Below, one piece after another: positions 45,773 to 56,045 of a stretch of 64,000 nt of DNA. Within the stretch, counting starts at the first letter, position 1. Each line of letters begins with the position of its first letter. The translations under genes were made by a program, and so were the position numbers. A model generated the notes under the pieces. The model was not told the DNA's origin. It saw only the letters and a list, made by a program, of their open reading frames with translations, and did no database searches. Source of the stretch: a virus (lineage: Duplodnaviria; Caudoviricetes). The stretch lies in IMG/VR virus record IMGVR_UViG_3300023170_000014, positions 1-64,000 of that record. One strand, given 5' to 3'.

Positions 45773-48180
45773 TGTGGACTCAAGAAGAATTTAGTAAAAA
45801 AATGAGGGATCAGTTGTATCTATTAGATCCTGAAATTTCCGCCGAATTAGGAACTCCTGAAAGAAAAATTATTGATGCAGTTGCTCAAGCACTTGCTGAA
45901 ACTCAATTTCAAGGTTTTATAGAAGATTATCAATTTGATATTGATACAAAATTTGGATCTGATCTTGATGATTTTGTTCAACTTTTTGGGTTTTCTAGAC
46001 AAACTGCAAAAAGAGCAATTGGTCAAGTAACTTTTAGTCGTAATCAAACGAATGGCATTCCAGTTTTTATTCCTGCTGGAACTCAACTCAGTACAGTTGC
46101 GAATGCAGCCTCTCCTGCTGTTAATTTTATAACCTCTGTTGATGCAACTCTCTCAGAAAATCAGTTGTTTGCTAAAGTTCCAATTGAGGCTACTTTTGCT
46201 GGAGGAAACGGAAACGTTGCCGCAGATAAAATTACAGTTTCTACTGGAAACCTAAGTAATATTTCTTCAATCACAAATGAAGTTGCTACTTACGGTGGAA
46301 CAAGTTCAGAAACAGACGACGAACTTAAAATAAGATTTAAGAATAATTTATTTAGAAATATTGCGGGAATTGAAGATCAGTTTCTTGCGTTATCTGTTGC
46401 TAATCAATATACAAATAGAGCAGTTATTCTTAAAGCATCAAATAAATTTGAAGAATACATTCAAATTGACGCATCTGGGACTGCGGTTTCTGAAAATAGA
46501 AATGCAAAATATATTTATAATCAAAATTATTATTTAAGTGACAGAAAAGACAACGATACTAAATTCTATAGCCCAGATAGCGATTATACTTTTACTAGAA
46601 ACACTCTGGGAGACATAAAATATCCTAGCATTTCTGTTGACAGTTTTGCAGTTAATCCAGCACCAAACGGAACTGTGTCTTTAACTTCTTATGAAGATAT
46701 AGATAGTGGTAATCTTTTTGGCGAATACCAGTATGCTTATACTTATAAATATAATCCGGGTGGAGAAAGTTCTTTATCTCCATTAAGCGGTACTGCGGTC
46801 TTAGAACAAGGCTCTGTAACAATTACAGACATTGAAAATTCATCAGGAACATCTTCTGCCGGGGGAACTGTTCAATATAAAAATGTTTATAGAAGAGATT
46901 TATTATATGACAACACTTGGTATCAAATAGGAAGTGTTGTTCCAGAAGCAGTATTTGATGTTACAACTGTAGCAAGAGATGCTAATAATATTGTTACTTT
47001 AACTCTTAATAATGGAACTGCTAGTACAGAAGGTATTGCAACAACTGGAACTGTAACAGTAACTGGTTTAAGTGGAATTGGAACTGCTTTAGATGGAACT
47101 CATGAAATATATTCACTAGGTTCTTCTTCAATATCTTACTCTTCTTCAGGAACAGTTATAACTGCCTCAGCAGCAAGTGGAACTGCTATTTCTGCATTAA
47201 CTTTATTTAATGACAATATAGAAATTACTGATTTTATTGAACCTCCCACCGAGGCGTTATCTGAAGGCAAAGTCGTTTTCCTAGAACATGAATATATTTC
47301 TAAATGGAGTAGAAACATATTAGATGAAACTTTAAATTATTCAAATCTAAATAAAATAGATATTTATATTTCAGGTCAAAATACAGAATTTGCTACTGAT
47401 GTAATTTATGGGTATGGTAATTTGCTTGTAACTGTAGTAGATAATCCATATTATAATGAAAACTATATTAGACAATCTAGTGGTAGCGTTTGTTCTGATG
47501 GAAATTATTTAATAAATCTAACATGGGTTCCTGTTGTTTCAATTCCAGAACAGATAACTGTAGATGGCTATACTTGGGAATTAAATCAAGACTATTGGCT
47601 TGCTAAGGATATAACAAATATTAGAGATAGTGAACGTTGTCGTGATGGTCTTGAGATAAGTGCTGCTATGGGTAGTGCTGTGGCAAATAGTTCTTATTCT
47701 GTCGAATATTACTTTAATAAATTGCCTTTATTGACAAACAGAGTCATTGACGCTCACAAACAAATAAATCAAGATGTTCTTGTTCATGCTGCTAATTTCA
47801 GACAATTTCTTATAAATCTTGAAATTATCTATGATAATACTTTTAATGTAGAAGCGACAAATAATGCCATATTTACAGCATTAAGTACATATTTTAATTC
47901 AAACCCATTTGGAGCAATTGTACAATTTAGTGATATTGTTGCTTTAGTATATGATGTTCCGGGTGTTTTAAATGCAAGAATTCCAACTGCCAGTGATGTT
48001 GCGGGCACTTCTTATTCTTCCTATTATGGAATTCAAGAAATTAATCCTGATGAAAGTATAAAACAAACTTTTACTAATGATTTTACATTAGATGAAATTG
48101 ATCTGCCTGCACTTTATGGTATTGGTCCTGTTGATGGAACAAAGCCTGTTCAAAAGACAAAGGGTACATGGGTGTCTTAA
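45772..48180 (+). CDS. baseplate J-like protein
   Basis: GSDLDDFVQLFGFSRQTAKRAIGQVTF..IPAGTQ..GGNGNVAA..GGTSSETDDELKIR. Confidence 0.9.
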   Translation: MWTQEEFSKKMRDQLYLLDPEISAELGTPERKIIDAVAQALAETQFQGFIEDYQFDIDTKFGSDLDDFVQLFGFSRQTAKRAIGQVTFSRNQTNGIPVFIPAGTQLSTVANAASPAVNFITSVDATLSENQLFAKVPIEATFAGGNGNVAADKITVSTGNLSNISSITNEVATYGGTSSETDDELKIRFKNNLFRNIAGIEDQFLALSVANQYTNRAVILKASNKFEEYIQIDASGTAVSENRNAKYIYNQNYYLSDRKDNDTKFYSPDSDYTFTRNTLGDIKYPSISVDSFAVNPAPNGTVSLTSYEDIDSGNLFGEYQYAYTYKYNPGGESSLSPLSGTAVLEQGSVTITDIENSSGTSSAGGTVQYKNVYRRDLLYDNTWYQIGSVVPEAVFDVTTVARDANNIVTLTLNNGTASTEGIATTGTVTVTGLSGIGTALDGTHEIYSLGSSSISYSSSGTVITASAASGTAISALTLFNDNIEITDFIEPPTEALSEGKVVFLEHEYISKWSRNILDETLNYSNLNKIDIYISGQNTEFATDVIYGYGNLLVTVVDNPYYNENYIRQSSGSVCSDGNYLINLTWVPVVSIPEQITVDGYTWELNQDYWLAKDITNIRDSERCRDGLEISAAMGSAVANSSYSVEYYFNKLPLLTNRVIDAHKQINQDVLVHAANFRQFLINLEIIYDNTFNVEATNNAIFTALSTYFNSNPFGAIVQFSDIVALVYDVPGVLNARIPTASDVAGTSYSSYYGIQEINPDESIKQTFTNDFTLDEIDLPALYGIGPVDGTKPVQKTKGTWVS

Positions 48181-50934
48181 ATGGCTGATATTTTTACTCT
48201 TCTTTCAAATGGTCAATTAGTAGAAAAAAGAGAAATTGTTGAAGGATTAAATCCAACTTCAGATTTTTTGGAATATATTAGAAAATTTTTTCCTGAAGAA
48301 ATTTACAATTTAAATGAAAACAGTACTTTATATAAATTTTTATATTCTTTATTAGGCGACTCAGGTGTACTTGGAGTTAAAAAAGGATTGTTAGCCCCTC
48401 GCCTTTATACAACTCTTAACGGTACAAATTTTAATGATATAGATACTCTTTTTTCTAATTTATTTGGCTTAATTAGAGCAAAAAAAGAGTTATATGATTA
48501 TGATCCATATAATCAATTGTTAACAGAACAACAATGGTCTTCAATTAAATACAAAGACGCTTCTTTTAAATCAAGAACTCAAGATTTTATGAGATTTTTT
48601 CAGTATGGAAATTCTTACGATGGAATAAAAATTCTTTCAAGAGCCTCTTCTGGATATGAATGTTATATACAAGAAAATTGGAAATACTTAGATGATATCC
48701 AATCTGACGATCCAATCGGCATTCGAAATTTAAGTAAAACTAACGCTTTTCAAGAAATTATTATAATTCCACAATCTGAGCAAACTCTATCTATTGAAGA
48801 AAAAAGAAGAGTTACTGAAACTCTAAACCGATTTGTTCCTTCAAATGCGATTGTATCAATTTACTCTGGCGAAAGTTTGCAAACAGAAGTGCCTTTTGAT
48901 GTAGACAATATGGAATCTACTAGTAATTATTTTTATATTGATAAAAAAGTAATTGGTAAAAATCTTTTAGATTACTCTTATTCATCTACCAACAATTGGA
49001 TTGAATTGGGTCAAGAAAAAAGCGCACCGTATGCTGCCTTTGAGTCAAAAAGTGAAACAGTAGAAACAATTCCAATTTTTAACATTACTGGGTCTAGTTA
49101 TCATACTGGCGCTTTTAACTTTGAACAAAAAAAATTATTTGAACATTTAAATGAAATAGAGGATAATAAAAATTATTCTTACACGCCACAAAATGCGCTA
49201 ACGAATGTAATTAAAAATAATTACATTTTTAGTCCTTGGCTTTACAGATCTTCTACAAATAAAGGAATCTATACTGTAGATAGATCTTATCCTGTAGGAT
49301 ATTTTGCTAATCAACAAAATGCTGTTCAAAAAAGATTCTTCTGGGCTTCAGAAGAAAAACCCTCTGAAATAACAGAGACATTAGAAATTGATTTATTAAC
49401 AAATCAGCCTGTAAACAATATAGAGTTTGAAATTTGTCAAAAACCTATTGATATAAAAATCTATTATTGGTCCCAAGATGTTTTGGATTGGATTGAAGTT
49501 AACTATAGAACGGATATAGAAACTGATTTGTCCGTTTATTATCAAAATGTTTTTAATTATTCATGGCAGTATATGAATCCATACTTTGAATTAATAGAAA
49601 CAAATAAAATAAAAATTGAATTTTATAAAAGAAATGATGCTTTTCCGTTTAACAACTCTATACCTTTCGATTGGTCAGTTGAAGTGAGAAATATAAGATT
49701 TTTATACTCTATTGCGTCTATTGATGATTTTGTTGCTATGCAAACTATTGATATGTTAGGCAATTCTTATAGAACTTCTTTAAATCAATATTCGCTAGAG
49801 AACAGATTTAAAACAAAAAAGAATAAGTATTGGAAAAGTCAGATTAACCCAGACAAGTTTGCTGTTGAAGCGCTTTACTTTGATGTGAGTCAGGCAGGGG
49901 AGTCTGTTGCAATAGATGAAATCTTTATTGATCCTCTCACTCCCGGGTGTATAATGCATTTTTATTATTCAACTGATGACTCTTTAACTAGTTGGGAAAA
50001 CAAATTATGGAATCCCATTCCTCGTCATTATGTTTTATCAAAAGAGAGTTATCAATTACCTAATACTATTTATGCAAAATATATAAAAATTGAATTTTCT
50101 AAACTCGCAACAACTCCGTACAATTTTCCAAATACTCAAGAAAAAATAAAATATCGGTTATTTCCCACTTGGGTTGAAGAACTAGCAAAAGACTTTATCT
50201 CAGTTGTTAACACTCCAACAACGGACTCTAATCAATATTCTGAAGTAAAAACTACTTTTATTAATACCGGAATTGTAACTCCAGAGTCTGATAAATTAAC
50301 TTCTGAAATTTCAAAAAGTGTTGTTGATTTTATTAAAGAAAACGTAAAAAGCACAGTACTTGATGAATATCAGGTCTGGAAAAACCCAGAACAAGAAACT
50401 AGTCGTAGTTCTCAAATATCTGATGTTAATTTTTATCCAAATACTGTTGATAACTTATATCACAATAGTCTTTTACAAACAGTAACAAATCGCGTTTCTG
50501 ATTCAAAGTTTCAAACATTGTTGCAATCTTTAGACACAAATTCTTGGAAAACAGAGAATTACATACTGCCAAAAACATTAGTTAATGTTTCTTCTAAATC
50601 AAATAGAGTTCCTATTGAAGAAGAAAAAAATTGGCCCGATATGTGGTTTATGAAAAAATGTCGTCATGCTTATAAAATTGTCGAATCTCCAAGAAATGCA
50701 CAAGTTGGTTATTATGTAGGAATTAAAGATATTAAATTTTATAAAAGAGATAAAACTAAAACTTTTGATGATAGAAATTATATAATTACATTAAATGACG
50801 AAAGTTTTATTGAAAAAAATGAATTTTCTGCAAACGATTGGAGATGGACATTAAGCGCAGATTCTTTAATTTCTACAGGAGAAAATGTGATGCCTGAGTT
50901 TGCATCTGAAAATTTTGATGGGGTGGCGTTTTAA
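48181..50934 (+). CDS. baseplate wedge/tail protein (gpI-like N-terminus)
   Basis: 917 aa directly after baseplate J; FPEEIY..LYKFLYSLLG..DASFKSR pattern. Confidence 0.6.
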   Translation: MADIFTLLSNGQLVEKREIVEGLNPTSDFLEYIRKFFPEEIYNLNENSTLYKFLYSLLGDSGVLGVKKGLLAPRLYTTLNGTNFNDIDTLFSNLFGLIRAKKELYDYDPYNQLLTEQQWSSIKYKDASFKSRTQDFMRFFQYGNSYDGIKILSRASSGYECYIQENWKYLDDIQSDDPIGIRNLSKTNAFQEIIIIPQSEQTLSIEEKRRVTETLNRFVPSNAIVSIYSGESLQTEVPFDVDNMESTSNYFYIDKKVIGKNLLDYSYSSTNNWIELGQEKSAPYAAFESKSETVETIPIFNITGSSYHTGAFNFEQKKLFEHLNEIEDNKNYSYTPQNALTNVIKNNYIFSPWLYRSSTNKGIYTVDRSYPVGYFANQQNAVQKRFFWASEEKPSEITETLEIDLLTNQPVNNIEFEICQKPIDIKIYYWSQDVLDWIEVNYRTDIETDLSVYYQNVFNYSWQYMNPYFELIETNKIKIEFYKRNDAFPFNNSIPFDWSVEVRNIRFLYSIASIDDFVAMQTIDMLGNSYRTSLNQYSLENRFKTKKNKYWKSQINPDKFAVEALYFDVSQAGESVAIDEIFIDPLTPGCIMHFYYSTDDSLTSWENKLWNPIPRHYVLSKESYQLPNTIYAKYIKIEFSKLATTPYNFPNTQEKIKYRLFPTWVEELAKDFISVVNTPTTDSNQYSEVKTTFINTGIVTPESDKLTSEISKSVVDFIKENVKSTVLDEYQVWKNPEQETSRSSQISDVNFYPNTVDNLYHNSLLQTVTNRVSDSKFQTLLQSLDTNSWKTENYILPKTLVNVSSKSNRVPIEEEKNWPDMWFMKKCRHAYKIVESPRNAQVGYYVGIKDIKFYKRDKTKTFDDRNYIITLNDESFIEKNEFSANDWRWTLSADSLISTGENVMPEFASENFDGVAF

Positions 50935-53900
50935 ATGGCATATTTAGAATATGGATTAGTCTCAGATGGTAGTGGAACTGTAGAATTATTTTCTGATCCT
51001 TCTTATACAGTTAGAGCATGTAATCTTTTTATAAAAGAAGTTTCAATTTCTAACTATGATCAGCAGTACCATACTTATTACCAACAAAAAGTAGATGGAA
51101 AATGGGCAATTAGTAACGAATATTATTTTACTAATGGGTCTGTCCCAACAATAGGAACTGTTTTAACAAAAAACCAAGAAAATTGGGTGTATGCTGGAAT
51201 AAATCAGGGAACTTTAAATGACTATACTCAGTTTATAGCAAACTCTCAAAATCAATTTCAATTAGAAACTGGAGTCCCTATCAATAATAATGCTAATGGA
51301 AATTATGACGACGGAATTGCTGTTCCAGTTAATGGAACAGTTGAGTTTGAAACTATTTATGATGATAATTTATTAGAAGGTTCTTTTAGTACAGGAACTC
51401 ATTACCTTCAAATGGCATTATGGGACTTACCGGGTACAGCAGATCCTACAACAATAGACTTAAGCGCTAGTACTGTCACTTTTAGTTCTTCTTTAAATCT
51501 AGACCCTGCAAATACTGTTACAATACCATTTGATTCAAGCGAATTAGAGATACCAATAATTGACGCTGGGACCGCAGACCATTTATGGAAAATTAATAGA
51601 AATGTTTTGACAAATCAATCAATTCCTGATTCTGGAGTCGTTGATCTTTCATCTTTAAAAAGAATTAAATTTAATATAGTTAGCAATGGTGGGTCTTTTG
51701 TATTTAGAACTGGTCAACTAAAAATGGTTCCAACCACATATTCACACTCTTATGCTAATGTAAATAATAAAACTGGAGTTTTGAGTAGAGAAACTTGGCC
51801 CACTGTATCTCAAAATGATATGCCTGTTTTAATACAAAATGGTTTAAAAGTTAAAGATTTTACATATGTTGCAAAAATTAGTTTGCAGACTGCGCCGAGT
51901 TCTGGAACAACAGAATTTTCCATGTTTGGGAGAGTAAATCCTGATTTTATTTTTGGAACAGCGGCTATTAGTGGTGGTAGTGTTACTTATCCAAGTACCA
52001 GCGGTGTATATCCCGGGACTGCTTTTTATCCTACGATTGCAGCAGACGCTAATTCATATTTACGTTCTAAATTGTTAATTACATCAAATAATATAGAAAT
52101 TAAAATGTATGAAGACCATTTAGGTAATTTAGATAATGAAGTTTTTAATATTATCCACGACGAACCCATAACGCAAGGAGATTATTTTTTTGTAACAAAC
52201 TTTGTTGGAAATAAATGGGAATCAATATTATTTTCAAGTGAAGATGGCTCTGGTTTTGTAAAAGAAAGAATTATTGAAACAGGAAAACAAAATATTTCTA
52301 ATCCTTGGCTTAGAGGCAAAGTCTTAGATATAGATTTAGATGATTATGGTAAAGGGTATGCAGGATATCAATTTAAACCTTCTGAAGTAGGTGGATTTAA
52401 TGTAGATTACATTTATTCAAAAGAAGCAGTTCTTGCAGAATATGAATCTAAAACTTTTAATTCTTATAGTCCTGTAAAAGCAGTCAGTTTATTTTCAAGT
52501 TCTGTTCCAGATATTGAATTACTATCTGGAAATATTGAAGATTTTGAAAGAGTACAAAATACTAACAATTTTAATTTTTCAGGAAAAACAGAATGCGGCT
52601 TTATTGCAAATCCACAAAATGCAGATATTGATGATGTTGTTGTAGAAGAAGATACAAATATATTTTATAGATCAAAATCTCTTAAAATTATTAAAAAAGA
52701 AGATGCAAAAATTGCTGCTGTTCAATATAAGTCAAAATTAAAAATTAATGATTTTTCAAAACTTATATTTAAAACAAAAATAAGATTTAATGATTTATTA
52801 AATGTTGGAGATTTTAGAATTGTATTTTGGAACGAAAATAAAACAAGAGTTCTTTATCTTCAAGATTTGCCCGATCTTGTACCAAACGAATGGAATGAAG
52901 TTGATATTCCATTATCAACTAATGTGCTTTATAATAATCAATTTGTTTTAGAAATTGGTCATTATGGAGAAATAGAACCTATCCCACCCATTACAGATCC
53001 CTATGGATATTTTTGGATTGAAGATGTTCAACTAACGCTAGAGGCAGTAGAATGGGAAGCATCAAATAACGACGGAAGAACTTATGTTCCATTTTTAGAT
53101 GCAATCAATGGAGAATACAAATCTATCAATTTTGCATCTCAAAATTACTATACATCAATCATTAATAAAAATCCTTATATACTTTGGGAATTTAATACAG
53201 GGGATGCTGGATATGTGCTGCCAAAAGACGACGTTAGTTATACGGTTGGAGAATTTATAACAACAAGTATTGGTAGCCTAAATGACTATCTTGTGAATAC
53301 TCCCGGCTGGTTATCTCCAACAGGAGAGTCAATTGCAATTTCTGGAGTAGGTTCTGTTGGAGCAAATGATTATTATATTCCTGAAAGTGTTAAAAAGTTT
53401 AAAAATAACAAAGCAATTGCAATTTATGGAGGTACTGAAAGTTATTTAGAAACAAGAGGAACTGTAACTTTAGGAGAAATATTTGGAATTGGAGTGGGTT
53501 CTGCAACAAATATAACTGGTTCAATAAGATTTTATACAGACACAATTAATAATGATATTACAATTCTTTCTTGTCAAGATGCTCTTGCTTCTGATACAAA
53601 TAGTTGGTCTTTCTCAATTCAAAATACAAACAATTTAGTCTTTACTTCTAATAATGTAGGAACAGTAACTGCAACTGTTCCTACTTGGAACGATCAAAAT
53701 TGGCATACAGCATGTTTTACATATGACTATCACGGAAGTATTTTAACTTTATACTGGGATGGAGATTTGATCGCTAATGAAAACTTGTCATCAGATCTAA
53801 TTTTTGATTATAAATTAAAAATACCGGGACCAACAGCAACTATTCCTCATAATACTTTTAATAGTTTTAATCCAGACTACCCGTTTATATTCATAGATAA

Positions 53901-54186
53901 TATCTCTATCCATCAAGAAGTTCTTGATCAAAATGAAATAAATAAGGATTATATTGCAGCAATTTCTGAATATAATAAATTAAAAGTTAGAGCAAGAGCA
54001 TACACAACAAACGCTTGGATATATGGATATGAAATAATTCCTCATTATGCAAAGATGGGGAGATTAAGAGAATTGTCTAGCAGATCAATTACTGTTGACG
54101 ATTCTTTTTCAGCAACAGAAGATACAAATCAAGGAATTATATTCGATCAGGCTATATTTGATGAGTCTACTTTTGGTAATGATTAG
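50935..54186 (+). CDS. large tail/baseplate protein with carbohydrate-binding and LamG-like domains
   Basis: WNDQNWHTACFTYD..LTLYWDG..IDNISIH..L..EI (LamG-like); LVPNEWNEV..FWIEDVQL (CBM-like). Confidence 0.65.
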   Translation: MAYLEYGLVSDGSGTVELFSDPSYTVRACNLFIKEVSISNYDQQYHTYYQQKVDGKWAISNEYYFTNGSVPTIGTVLTKNQENWVYAGINQGTLNDYTQFIANSQNQFQLETGVPINNNANGNYDDGIAVPVNGTVEFETIYDDNLLEGSFSTGTHYLQMALWDLPGTADPTTIDLSASTVTFSSSLNLDPANTVTIPFDSSELEIPIIDAGTADHLWKINRNVLTNQSIPDSGVVDLSSLKRIKFNIVSNGGSFVFRTGQLKMVPTTYSHSYANVNNKTGVLSRETWPTVSQNDMPVLIQNGLKVKDFTYVAKISLQTAPSSGTTEFSMFGRVNPDFIFGTAAISGGSVTYPSTSGVYPGTAFYPTIAADANSYLRSKLLITSNNIEIKMYEDHLGNLDNEVFNIIHDEPITQGDYFFVTNFVGNKWESILFSSEDGSGFVKERIIETGKQNISNPWLRGKVLDIDLDDYGKGYAGYQFKPSEVGGFNVDYIYSKEAVLAEYESKTFNSYSPVKAVSLFSSSVPDIELLSGNIEDFERVQNTNNFNFSGKTECGFIANPQNADIDDVVVEEDTNIFYRSKSLKIIKKEDAKIAAVQYKSKLKINDFSKLIFKTKIRFNDLLNVGDFRIVFWNENKTRVLYLQDLPDLVPNEWNEVDIPLSTNVLYNNQFVLEIGHYGEIEPIPPITDPYGYFWIEDVQLTLEAVEWEASNNDGRTYVPFLDAINGEYKSINFASQNYYTSIINKNPYILWEFNTGDAGYVLPKDDVSYTVGEFITTSIGSLNDYLVNTPGWLSPTGESIAISGVGSVGANDYYIPESVKKFKNNKAIAIYGGTESYLETRGTVTLGEIFGIGVGSATNITGSIRFYTDTINNDITILSCQDALASDTNSWSFSIQNTNNLVFTSNNVGTVTATVPTWNDQNWHTACFTYDYHGSILTLYWDGDLIANENLSSDLIFDYKLKIPGPTATIPHNTFNSFNPDYPFIFIDNISIHQEVLDQNEINKDYIAAISEYNKLKVRARAYTTNAWIYGYEIIPHYAKMGRLRELSSRSITVDDSFSATEDTNQGIIFDQAIFDESTFGND

Positions 54187-54207
54187 GATAAATATTAAGG
54201 AACAAAA

Positions 54208-54804
54208 ATGAGTTACACAACACCATCTACTGCCGTTGGTAACGGAACTTTAACCGTTACAATGTGGAATACAGAAGTAAGAGACAATTTAAACCATTTA
54301 AATAGTTACGCTAACCCAGTAGGAGCCGTTTTACCTTATGCGGGAACTTCTGCCCCTAGTGGATACTTATTGTGCGATGGAGCATCTATCGGTACAGCAG
54401 ATTACCCAGATTTATTCGCAGTTGTTCAATACAATTATGGTGGTAGTGGTACTGCCTTTAATGTTCCAGATCTTTCTACTCGTATGCCTATCGGTACGGG
54501 AAATGGAAGGTCAGAAGGAGATGCTGGAGGAACAGAAAATGTTACTCTTGATGTAACACAAATACCTTCTCACTCTCACGTTGCAACAGATTCTGGTCAC
54601 ACTCATACATACCCAACAAGTGCTGGTGGTGATAGTTTAGGTGGTGGTGATACTGGAGCATTTGATGTTGCCACTTATGGAGCAAACGGGTCGCTAACAA
54701 CAAATACTGGATACGCAAATGTGACAATTAATAATACTGGTGGGGGATCTTCTCACACAAATATGCCACCCTATCTAGTAATGAATTATATTATTAAAAC
54801 ATGA
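54208..54804 (+). CDS. tail-collar domain fibre protein
   Basis: PVGAVLPYAGTSAPSGYLLCDG..YPDLFAVV..FNVPDL; HSH/HTH; HTNMPPYLVMNYIIK. Confidence 0.9.
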   Translation: MSYTTPSTAVGNGTLTVTMWNTEVRDNLNHLNSYANPVGAVLPYAGTSAPSGYLLCDGASIGTADYPDLFAVVQYNYGGSGTAFNVPDLSTRMPIGTGNGRSEGDAGGTENVTLDVTQIPSHSHVATDSGHTHTYPTSAGGDSLGGGDTGAFDVATYGANGSLTTNTGYANVTINNTGGGSSHTNMPPYLVMNYIIKT

Positions 54805-54816
54805 TATAATGTAATA

Positions 54817-55287
54817 GTGATTATTAAATATGGTTCTTTTCAAGAAATAGAAGAACAAATACTTAGTATAGAAGATAAAAAAGGTATTTATCTTATTGAA
54901 CCAAAGGGTAAGGGCAACTTACTCATCTCTTCTTTTGCTAATAACCAAACAGAAGAAATACGAGCAGATATGCTTGAGGACTTTCTAAAAGACAAAGAAG
55001 GAACTCATGCATTTTTTATTGGAGTTCGTCCCCCACGCTGTATTAAGAAGGAACTATCTGATCGTTATAATGTTAAAGAGGCAATAGAATGGTGTAAAAA
55101 AATTATGCATCTATCTATTGGAAACCCCTCTTACGACCAGATAGATTTTTCTTTAGAGAATATTTTAGCCATAATGAGAGAGGTAGAGGAAGAATCAGAG
55201 CAAACTCTTGAACTTCTTATAGCGAAAGAAGATCCCCAACTGGATATAGATCTTTCTGATCAGGATCTTTCTGATAACCCATTCTAG
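54817..55287 (+). CDS. hypothetical protein
   Basis: 156 aa, GTG start just after TGATATAAT (near-leaderless). Confidence 0.55.
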   Translation: MIIKYGSFQEIEEQILSIEDKKGIYLIEPKGKGNLLISSFANNQTEEIRADMLEDFLKDKEGTHAFFIGVRPPRCIKKELSDRYNVKEAIEWCKKIMHLSIGNPSYDQIDFSLENILAIMREVEEESEQTLELLIAKEDPQLDIDLSDQDLSDNPF

Positions 55288-55465
55288 ACAAACTTTTAAT
55301 GGCGGTCTTTTTTGATGAAAAATTATGCGTGTTGCCAATTTTTACCCATCCGAGGGGTGAGCGTTGGTAAAAATCAAATGCAAATTCTTTAAACATTGTG
55401 CGCTCTTCTTCATGGACTCTATATAAAAGAGCCACACTTTCATTATCTCTAATCCATACTTCCAT
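55217..55465 (-). CDS. hypothetical protein
   Basis: AAAGGA RBS on minus strand; 82 aa. Confidence 0.5.
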   Translation of the reverse strand: MEVWIRDNESVALLYRVHEEERTMFKEFAFDFYQRSPLGWVKIGNTHNFSSKKTAIKSLSRMGYQKDPDQKDLYPVGDLLSL

Positions 55466-55612
55466 TATTCATCCTTTCCTTTATGTATTATAGCAGCAGC
55501 ACCATACAGTATGTCAAGCAAAGCGGCGCTATAAATAATAATAAACTGTCCTATCATCTTCTTATATACTACTCCTTTCTTATATAGTAAGTTTGCAATT
55601 AGTGTTACTAAC

Positions 55613-55645
55613 CCAAAAATAAAGGCCCGCTTTATGCGGGCCTTC
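55613..55645 (-). terminator. terminator of the tRNA/tmRNA operon
   Basis: AAGGCCCGC-ATAAA-GCGGGCCTT followed by TATTTTT on minus strand. Confidence 0.8.
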
Positions 55646-55672
55646 TTAATTTTATTTTTGTTATGTAACATA

Positions 55673-55745
55673 TAGCGGGGGAAGGATTCGAACCTTCGAT
55701 CTTCGACGCATGAAGCCGACGAGATAACCACTTCTCCACCCCGCG
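55673..55745 (-). tRNA. tRNA-Met(CAT), initiator-like
   Basis: 5' CGCGGGGTGGAGAAGTGG; C1:U72 mismatch; anticodon arm TCGGC-TTCATGC-GTCGA; GGTTCGAATCC. Confidence 0.85.
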
Positions 55746-55750
55746 TTGTA

Positions 55751-56032
55751 TGGAGATGACCGGCTCTGCCCCGGTGTCCCATATAGTTCCCTCAAATCAA
55801 CTTATACAGCATATTATACTACATTGTACTTCGGTTTACTACTGTGCTTAGTAGTTGTAGACTAAGCGGCTACTCCAGCAAATTCCTCTACCCATGAGGC
55901 GGGGAAAGTGTCTGGAACGATGACTTCATTTAAGTTGCCATTTATGTTTATTTGCTTATCCAAGCAGGAGTTATGAGGTAACTAACCGCTGATTGATTTG
56001 GCTTCTCTATAGGTCGAAACTAATTCATCCCC
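55751..56032 (-). ncRNA. ssrA: tmRNA
   Basis: 5' GGGGATGAA..TTTCGAC; 3' GGAC-ACCGG-GGCAGAG-CCGGT-CATCTCC-A with G3:U70 pair; tag frame after ATAAAT at 55939-55862 encodes GNLNEVIVPDTFPASWVEEFAGVAA*. Confidence 0.9.
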
Positions 56033-56045
56033 AAGTAACCACTAT

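Noticed and set aside
5310-54727. Numerous 60-160 aa antisense or alternate-frame ORFs nested in long genes
   Set aside because: Shadow ORFs lacking RBS and recognisable motifs, expected from biased codon usage on the coding strand
32879-54804. Bacterial contractile injection system or tailocin rather than phage
   Set aside because: Capsid, prohead protease, tRNA cluster, RNR and dUTPase are contiguous and no host chromosomal genes flank the region
55465-55782. 105 aa minus-strand ORF
   Set aside because: Overlaps tRNA-Met, the tmRNA 3' end and a terminator
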